From positions 28,458,001-28,522,000 of the forward strand of contig CM022673.1 in assembly GCA_012295275.1 (NCBI GenBank): a DNA stretch of 64,000 bases. Direction: 5' to 3'. The notes below the pieces were generated by a model. The model was given only the letters and a program-made list of their open reading frames with translations. It ran no database searches and was not told the origin of the DNA. Within the stretch, counting starts at the first letter, position 1, and every line of letters begins with the position of its first letter. A program made the position numbers and the translations under genes. The DNA is from Chrysomallon squamiferum. Its lineage: Eukaryota > Animalia > Mollusca. Below, piece after piece: positions 54,269-64,000 of the stretch.

Positions 54269-55649
54269 CATTATATATATAGTTCGTTCCCATTCAAAAT
54301 TCCAAACATCGGCGGGTACTTATGATGATCACACCTCCATTACTTCTTATTGTAAGAAGGAAAAAAAGAAAAAGAAAAAATATTTCGAAAAGGAAGGAAT
54401 TACTCGATGGAGAGTCACTTTCAAGACACGACTTGGGCTTAAAATTAGTTTAATGAATTACGTTTACAGACACGAGGATAAATGCTCTACTTAGTAAAGA
54501 GAACTAACTTCGGATCAATCTCGCTGGTAAATCGCCAATTTTCCTATCGGTCGGGGGTTGGAATTGTTCGAGTCGAGTGCTAACTAAATTGAGTGTCAGT
54601 CTTAGAGAAAATAATTGGTTCCGAGATCGCATGCCTTGAGTAACTTGAAGTCTGTTGAGTGGACATCGCAACAGAGAATTACAATGAAACGAGATAGCTT
54701 CTGTTTCTCCAGTCGTTGTAATGTAGTCGCTGCATCGCTAGAATTTGACAGCAGTCATAGCGGCATTTGTCGACGTGATGGTAGTAATAGTAATGAAGGT
54801 GGTGTATGCAGTAATTGTGAAAGAACTACTAGTAGTTATGGTAGTAATACAAGTAGTTGGCCTAATGGATAAAGTCGCAGCAGCAACAGAAGTAATAGAA
54901 ATAATGGTTGGCGGTGCATAAAAATACCGAAACGGACCGAAAAGGGCCGAAATGGACCGAGAGAAAATTTAATTGACTTTTATGGCACTTTTCTATTTAT
55001 TTATTTCAAATATGTCACCCACGCTTGGAAAACGGTAGCGACGACATCTCCATTGAGGCAAGGGAATCAGTCTATAGAGTTCAAAGTTCACTGATCTTAT
55101 TAATGTAAATACGAAGTTACAATAAACTGATTTTTGAATTTGTCAGTGACGAAAATGTTTATTCATTTTAAACGTAATTAAATATAGCATGCGACGACAA
55201 GTTTCCAGCGTTAACATGTCGAGACATGGTAGAAGACTAACTCTGTTTCTGTCACTAGATTAGCTAGTAAGTGGCTGTATGTTTAAAATAAGCAATTATG
55301 AAATGCAGTAATGCTCATTCTTGAGCCCATTTTGATATGACTCCGCCATTTTCGATCCTATCCATTTTCATATTTTGTTGATCATTACAAATTTCGTTTT
55401 TTTTTTTTTTTTAATTCATTATTATTATTATTATTGTTGTTGTTGTTTATTTATTTCGTTTTTCTTAAAAATGAAATTCCATTTGTTTTGAAAATGGCAG
55501 TAGTAATATCTTCTTTTCAAAAACCATTCATCAACTCTTTAGAACTTATTATCAAGTAAGAACTGATTATGAGTGTTCTTTCAGTTAAGGTCCTAATTTG
55601 TTATTATGTTGTTGTTTTTTTTGTTTTGTTTTTCTTATTATTATTCATA

Positions 55650-55701
<52 letters not shown>

Positions 55702-55706
55702 GCACA

Positions 55707-55743
<37 letters not shown>

Positions 55744-58375
55744 GTATAATAAAATAAATATTGTATACTGGATTACAGAGAACGGAAAAGAAAAGAATAA
55801 AGGTTATAAAGAAGTCTTACCAGATAAGACAAATGAAAAGAATGGCTTTAGAGAACAAAATAATCTCGACTAAATCAATTTTCGATTTTTGACAAAATTA
55901 CTTTAATGACCCGAGTTTGTGAACAAATCCACAGGACATATGATCAATGGTTGCCAGTTAGCTATCGAAAACAAAGTCACGAACAAAGTTCTTCAGGACG
56001 TTATAATTTACGATTTTTCTTCCACGAAACGATCGTTATACACAAACACAAACGGAAATACGGTAACAAAAGTCCCGAAATGTGAAAGTCGTTTGATTAA
56101 CGTCGACAGAACAACACTGTCCTACATACAAGACAAATACGACACTGTACGCTGCAAAGTCCACTGTTGTTTTTTTTTTTCGAGTTTCCTGCAGCAAATG
56201 ATTATGAAGTATTTAGAAATCATTTCAGTAACGTTGACAGCTATTCCCTGTACGTGGTTTCAGAGGAATCGTGACGCTTGTTTTATTTTTTTAAACGCAA
56301 AAACGAAGAGACCTTGCGACGTTTGTGACAGTCACGTAATATTCTGACCGCTAACGTGTTGACGTGTTGGGAATCAGTCGTATCTGATAAGGGTTGTCCT
56401 TCCCGTTTTTTTTTTTTTTTTTTTTTTTTTTTTCTTTCTTGGTAGTAGAAGAATGGAATGAAAAGACTTCGTGCGTGTGTTTGTGTAAATCTTTTAATAG
56501 TACTAGTAGTAGTTTGAAACGTATGTATGTGTACGTATGTATGTTTAGGTATGTGCGTGTGTGTTTGTATGTATATATAATTGTGTATATATATGTACGT
56601 GCGTATGTATGTTGTATGTATGTATTTGTGTGTATATGCCTTTCTGTGTATGTATATAATTAGTATGTATCTGTGTATATGTACGTGTGTATAAATGTAT
56701 GTATGTATTAATGTGTATATGTTTGTATGTATATATGTGTTTTTGCATATGGTATATACTTGTATGAATGTAAATTTTTTTGTAAGTATGTATGTAAGTA
56801 TGTAGTATATCTATGAGTGTGTGTGTCTGTTTGTATGTGTGTACGAATATATGTACTTAGATACGTATGTACATATAGAATGTGTGTTTATATATATATA
56901 ATTACAGAGGTGTGAATTATCGTATATTCTACGTATACATCGGTATAAACATATTCAAATATACAGACCATCATCAGCAAAAATAACATTTTTAGCATAC
57001 TTTAGCATATTAAAAGAAAATGATTGTCACATCTATTATAAGGATCTTTAAAAACCATCCAAATACTGATGGACATCCATGCATTGATTTTTATTATCTA
57101 GCTGACACTTTCCTTATAATTGTTTGGGAAAATTTGGAATGTTACTTGCGTTATAACGATGGCTGCACGGTTGTTCTGAAAGGAATTATATTTCTCTGCA
57201 CATCAAATAACTTATTACGGTCAATAAATGATTCAGAAGCTTTACACTTAGCTAAGTAAGAAAAAAGGCATTTCATTATGCCGTTAAAAGAAAATCAATT
57301 ACCATATGCCAGATTTTAATTATTCATAACTGGTAGTATGCCAGGCGTAATTGATTAATAGCGCAGTCGCCAAATCAAGCAAAGACAAAGACGAAGATTC
57401 GATTAGTTTGCTGTAAGCTTTCCTCGCTTCGTGTCAAACTCTTTCCCATGTGTTTGCCTTCGGGAGTTGATGTCATCAGTTTTATTCAGTGCGTTCACGA
57501 AATAAAATTTATCAGTGATTGAGCAAGCTCCTTTCTGTTAATAGAAAGTGAAGCACGTATTTCTTTCATTTTTTCTTTCTTTTTTTTTTTTTTTTTTTCT
57601 TTCTTTTTTTCTTTTTTTTTCTTACACTATTCTTAAAATTGAAAATCTGTTTTTAAAAATGGATATTATTATTTTTTATTTATTTATTTATTTTTTTTTA
57701 ATTACATTTTATTTTTTTTTTATAAATTGTACAGGTTCTTTCACTGCTTTAAGATTTTTTTGCTACGAGTTATAATCGCTTTATGTGCAGCCGGATTTTA
57801 GACTTCATTAATTGAAACCTGTTTGAAACGCATGACAGTGTCAGCTACCAGGATCCTAAAACTGACGCAAATATGTGCTTTTCTGAAACAAAATCAGTGG
57901 CTGTTTAAAAATGAGGCCTATAAACAAAGGATCAAATGGCAGTAATAACTAAGAAAAATAATGCTAAGGTTGCTGAAGCACTGTATAATTAATTATTCTT
58001 GTATAAATGTTTGTGATTTGGTTTCAGTCATAATTATTTTCGAAATTGTTGCAGTTTCATTGTTTTATTAATATTCAAGTTTTTGAATTGTTATTAAAAT
58101 ATACTTTTTGGTAAGCAGAGAAAAATATCACACACACACACACACACACACACAAACGCCCATCTCCTTTAATGCAAATGTTTCTGACACTAATGCTATT
58201 TATTCTCGTTCCTGTTGTGAGGGGGATTCTAATCTTTTACACTGAAATTAATTTAAATGTCACTTGTTCGAAATTGTAATTACGAATATAACGTTATGAT
58301 CGGTTTTCTCTTAGAAACCATATTTAGATTTTTTATTGATCAGAGGATTTAGAACTAGTAGAAGATAATAAATTA

Positions 58376-58420
<45 letters not shown>

Positions 58421-58702
58421 TTAGCTTATTATTCATCAATTATAATTATTAGGAGGAATTGTTTTGTAGTATTTCCCTCATTCTAGTTTGTAAAAGAAAT
58501 TTATAAAATAAAAAAAATAGAAAAAAAAGTTTAAGTTCGTCCATTTATTTGACAGTTTTATGCAGACACGTCATTCTAGTTTGAGGTTTTTTTTTGTCAG
58601 AAAAATACTCGACAAAAATGTATAAATTGAATTTTTTTTTTTTTTTTTTTTTTAAGCCGGTTTTTTTTTTTATCTGACAAAAGAGTATAATATATATATA
58701 CG

Positions 58703-58733
<31 letters not shown>

Positions 58734-59274
58734 GTACGCATTGAAACAAATATTGTAAATACACAGATTAACTCATTTTGTTTAAAATTTCATGTTTTTT
58801 TTATTTTTTTTAAATAATTAAAAAAGGATATTAACGCTTCATCTTTCATCAATCCAGTATTACAGGAGATTGCGGAGGCTGAAACATGCTTTTAAACTGG
58901 CGAGTATATTTCTCCAGTTTCATCACTTTTATCAGATGGAGATGCTACGTACAACAGAAAGTATATTGAGGAAATCACGGAACAAAAACAGGTTTTATTT
59001 CTGTTTAGCAGATCTTTCGTCGTAACAGGGCTGAGCCATTGTCCTGTGCTCGCTGACGTTTGTGAAATTTGAGACAGTAAGTAAAAACTTGTGTGAACTG
59101 ACCACTCACAAACACACGTATAAACATTGTCCTTGCGAACTTGACCTGAATCACGATGATGAAATGTAAGACTGTCTGATTTCATTACCATTTATTTATT
59201 TTTCCATTTATTATAATGTATGTACACATATCCATGATTTTAAGCAGACTTAATAATCTTCAACCATAAACTGC

Positions 59275-59596
59275 AGAATAATTAGCAGGTTGAAACATTT
59301 TTCTGACCTGACACGGTTTAAAACTTACAGTTCAAACTAATGTTTATGTAGTATAATTCGTTTTTATTATCTTACTAGTGGAAGATGATATTATTTTTGT
59401 TTACAGTTTGATTCCTTATATACCATTCATTGATTTGTAATCGTACTTATAAATAGTGTCGGTGAAAGAATAATTAGGTTGAAAATTTTTTCTTTTACGT
59501 TTTAAAACTTACAATGGTGGTATAATTTGTTTTTATTATCTTACTAGTGGAAGATGATATTATTTTTGTTTACAGTTTGATTCCTTATACGCCATT
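59275..59596. repeat. Tandem duplication, two copies of ~130-155 bp separated by a short spacer
   Basis: ~60-bp identical core gtttttattatcttactagtggaagatgatattatttttgtttacagtttgattccttata at ~59360 and ~59529. Confidence 0.92.
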
Positions 59597-61137
59597 TTGA
59601 TTTGGCTTATTAAAGTGAATCCAGGAACTAGGCTTATTACTATTATTGCTGTTGTTGTTGCTGCTGCTGGCTGCATTATTGATTCTGTTTCTTTCTTCTT
59701 CTTCTGTTTCTTTTTTTACTTTAGCAAGCACTCTGTTTGTTATATATATATATATATATTATTATTTATTTTTTATTTTTTAGGAAACGTAAAGTTAACC
59801 ATATTCCTTAGAAATCAAGATAAACGAACTAAAACAACATTATTTTTTATGATCGAGTACATTATATATTACTCTAATACACATGATCGATTTTCATTTT
59901 ATTTTTTATTTTTTATATATACTTTTTCTTACTCTGTAATCGTAGGAAATGAAACTATAAGCAGATAATTGTATCTGAAATGAAAAGCAATTGTACAACT
60001 GCTCATTGACTTTCCGGGCTGAAATGAGAAAGGAAAAAAAAAAAAAAAAAAAAAAATGAGGCAGAATCGTGTCTTTTATGTCTTGCCATTAAATCTTCAA
60101 AGAATATTCTTCGGCGTCTTCTGAAAGCGATGGCTAGGCACCACAGTCCCAAAACAATAAATTTTCAAATCATTTAACATTTCATAAAAAAAATAAAAAA
60201 TACAATAAAGAGTATATTTTTCAGTAAGAATAAATAAATACCGTAATAAAAAAATCATTAAGAAGACACAGTTAGGAAGGAAACTGCTTAATTATATATT
60301 ATTTCAATTTTTTTTTTTTTTTTTTTTAACTCATATAGATTATTATTGTTAATTTACCTTGCTGAAGTCCCTTAATTATAGAATAGTTGTGATTTGCGCT
60401 GAAATAGCTTAGGGCGTAACTGTTCTTTAATTTCGTTCTTTTCTTCTTTTTTCTTTTTTTTCTTTTTTTTTTTTCTTTCTTTTTTCTTATGGTAATTGTC
60501 TTGCTCACCATCTGTCTTCTTCTTCTTCTTCTTTTTTTTTTTTTTTTTTTTTTTGTACAGTGAATTGTCTATTTTCACCAATTGTCGTCTTGTGTTTTTT
60601 GTACGATTTTTTTTTTTTTTTTTTTTTTTTTTTCACTGTATGTCTTCAATTAGTCAGTGGCGTGCTGTACGCAATGTTTGAAAGCTGAAGACGTTTACGT
60701 AATTCAAATACTCTTTTAGTACCAATTGAATCGAGGTCGTCTTTTGGAATCCTCAGTAATGTCAATTAATTATTGTCAAAGAGCATTTTTAATATCCGTT
60801 CGAAAGAAAATCTTGTTTTGTAAATTACGTTGATATTCGGAACAAGTCGCAATTCAAATGCTTTGAACTGCTGCAAAATGGGTTGATTTAGTCCTGTTCA
60901 GTGTACTCTTTTGTTATCATTGTTTCGTGATAGGTGCTGTTTAACTAACATCGCCAAAGATATGCATGTTTTCACTGTCTGAAGGTCTAAAGTGCAGTTA
61001 ATTAGATATTTTAAAAATATATATTTTGGGGTAGCTAATAGAAAAGAGGGGTTAAACAGTGTAATTATATTATATATATATTTAGTAATGTTTGATCTAT
61101 CTACATGTCCATCCAAACACTTCTTTTTTTCTCTCTG

Positions 61138-61241
<104 letters not shown>

Positions 61242-61298
61242 ATTAATTGAGAAAGACAGTTGTCATATGGAAATCGCATGTTTCATACCAGTTCTATT

Positions 61299-61329
<31 letters not shown>

Positions 61330-63379
61330 TGATTATTTCTACTCAGTTAATTTATCAGTATTGTCTTTTCCCGTTCTGTAATAATTACTATTTCAGTTTT
61401 ATGCTTCTATGCTTAATAACGTGCTGAAAATCGTAATGCATGGTATCTAACACTTTAATGACATAGTAGATAATACAGTTCATTTTGTCAACTGGGATGC
61501 TGTAAAGTGACGTTTATCAAATGAAACGCTTTTAAAAGTCAGTTGTACGTTTGCGTTGATCTTGTCCAAAGAAAAACGTTAATTCTGTGTCCTTTGAAGT
61601 TTATTACAAAAGCCAAAAAAAATAAAAAATTAAAAATAAAAGAAAAAAAAAAAAAAAAAAAAGAATAAAGAATAAAGTGGTTAGAATTGATTTCCTTGCC
61701 GAGAAATAATATGACTGAGACCACAGAATTTTCGGTGCGTGAAGATGCAATTTGCTAAACGGGAAATATTGTTTATGGCTTCCCATTTTGTAGGCTGCGA
61801 GGGTGTTCAATTTAATTGTGAATTTCTTTTGCAAGTTAATTTGGCTTTCGTTATTTATGTTTTCCTGACTGTGTTTTCCATTAGTTGCTCTCAGTTTCTG
61901 TCCTTTGAAACGCCTTAAAGCTTCTGGATTGTATCGAATCAATGTAACAAATTGCTTTTTTCCTTTCCGGAAGAAATTTCTAAATTCCTTTATCTCTGGT
62001 TTCAAAACAGATTTTATACGGGCATTCTGGGATTTGTTATTTTCTGAAATATTTATTGCATTTGTGATGAAACGAATGGAACATTACTTAGGAAGAAGAA
62101 ACAAAAAACAAACAAAAAAGAAGGAAGAAAGAAAATAAAAGATGGATTGTTAAGTCCTTTGTTGGTGTTATTTGTGTTTTAAAAAAGAAGAAGAAGAAGA
62201 AAGTGTTAAGTTTATTTTGAAAGTCTAGTTCATCTTAACGAAATCTAATTAAGGAAGGTAAAGTGACATTGTATTAGATTATGTGCAAAAATAGTTTTCA
62301 AATCTTTAGGTATGTTAGCTTAGAAGCCTTGAAAATATATGTTAAACACTAGCGTTTAGGGGTTTCTTTATTTTTATTTATTTTTATTTTTTTATTTTTT
62401 TTTTACAGTGAAAGAAGAAAAATAAAATAAAAATAAAAATAATAATAAAAAAAAATTATAGTAATAGATTTAAAACCCAAAATTCTTCTGTCGCAGCGCT
62501 ATCGATTGTTTCTGATTTGACATATCATTTATCTACGTTATTTCATAACTTCAGCTCGGAGAACAACAGTTATCATCAAACAGTACTATCATTACTTTAA
62601 CAGCAGACCGAGTTATTCACTGCAGGGCAGACCACTTCATTATGTGGAAGTGAGCTGTCGCGATCTCGTTTATCTATTATTCCATCGCTTCTGTTAATGT
62701 GACAGCAGATTTCAACTAATCACGCTGTCATTAGCATAACAGATACAACCTTGTATTATAATACTCTGTCATTCATTCGTACCTATCATGATTCAGAATT
62801 ATCTTTCACTTCTGTTCACCGAAGGAGTAGATGGAGTTTTAGCATGACATCTCTTTTGTCTGCATTATCTCGTAACTTCAGTTGCTGTGACACAACTTCT
62901 TATTACCACAACAAAAACTGGTATTACGTGCTGATGGCTGATTATTATATTACTGGAAAAATGGCTAAGTTTTTTTTGGGTTTTTTGTCATCGAAATAAG
63001 AAGTTATTAAATATGATACTTCGTTTATCTGCCTTTTTTTTTTTTCTTTTTCTTTTTTTCTTGACGAGTTAATGCAATAGAAAGAGTATCAGCAATCTCG
63101 GTGTCATTTCAATAATAGGAATTTTTATTTTATTTTGTTCGGTAGATCATTTCGAATATATTTAGAATAAGCTTTAAGTCGTGTTCCCTGATTAAATATG
63201 CCGTCTCTCTTACATAATTTCAAGACTTTTTAAAGTCAATACAAAAGGGGGTTATCAATAACCGCACTTGTATTACATTTTGTCGGCAGATTATTCCTTA
63301 AACATTCAGAATAAGGATCAAGTTTTGTTCGCAGAAGTAGCTTATGGTATCGTGTTTATTTGTCATTTGAAATCATCCC

Positions 63380-63450
63380 ATTTGTCACACACCTCACGAA
63401 TAACTGCACTCAGCCTAACATGCAACAATGGACTCGTCTTTCCACCTGTT
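63380..63450 (+). repeat. Dispersed repeat fragment; a second copy lies at 46876-46975
   Basis: tttgtcacacacct and gcaa(t/c)aatggactcgtctt occur in the same order at both loci. Confidence 0.6.
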
Positions 63451-64000
63451 ACACAGACAGCTCAGGGAATAATTAAGCAAACCGCTTTTAACGATTAAGA
63501 AAAAAACAAAAAACGAACACAAATATAATAATATTCACATTTATTTGCTATAAATTCAGTCACATGACACACGAATAACATAAATCATTTATATGACATT
63601 TAGTACACACGTCCGATAGCACTAAGGCATATATTACAGTGTTATTACAGCATATATCAGCATATAAATGTTTTCAGCCGATATTTTAGGGGTTTGTTTA
63701 ACTAGTCCCTAAGCTGACTGTAACAACTGGGAATGTAACAGATATATCATAATCTAAACGAGTTCAGCCGCTGACTGCTCCATTAATATTATAAGGATTT
63801 GCGTAAGCTGTCCCTAAGCCTACCCACTGGGTGCGTAACACATGGGAGAAAATCTCATTCAGTCATTTTTTTCTACAGTTCAAGGATATTTAAATATGAC
63901 ACGTCATTAATCCTTTTTTTTCTTTCTCTTAATATGGTAAATTATCAACAAATCGCAGTGTCATAAGGATTTTGTATTACATACGGCAAGCAAGAAAGCA

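Noticed and set aside
55919-56347. 142-aa plus-strand ORF starting at GTG
   Set aside because: No recognisable motif, no convincing splice context, and it runs through a T homopolymer.
59275-59596. Repeated units considered as a CRISPR-like array
   Set aside because: Only two copies, no repeat-spacer periodicity, eukaryotic context and no cas genes.

Overview
AT-rich, microsatellite-laden animal genomic DNA with short spliceosomal introns; a lophotrochozoan or mollusc origin is my inference only. I reconstructed five intron-containing genes by hand in the first 49 kb. (1) 3' part of a receptor guanylyl cyclase (+, to 4398). (2) An unusual biotin-protein-ligase-family gene (-, 5630-10890): a compact BirA-type catalytic domain and BPL_C, followed by a BPL_N/GATase-like domain at the C-terminus, the reverse of the fungal/animal order. 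It has a rewired biotin-binding loop (Tyr at the E. coli R118 position) and a 1-nt frame discrepancy on an in-frame A_AAA_AAG heptamer. (3) Complete POLD1 (+, 13511-27113). (4) A CLN3/BTN1-family gene (-, 29661-37954). (5) A divergent F-BAR+SH3 PACSIN-like gene (+, 38746-49129). Introns carry a deleted Tc1/mariner element and a deleted Tigger/pogo element. The last ~15 kb has no recognisable gene. All family assignments rest on remembered motifs; no database search was run.
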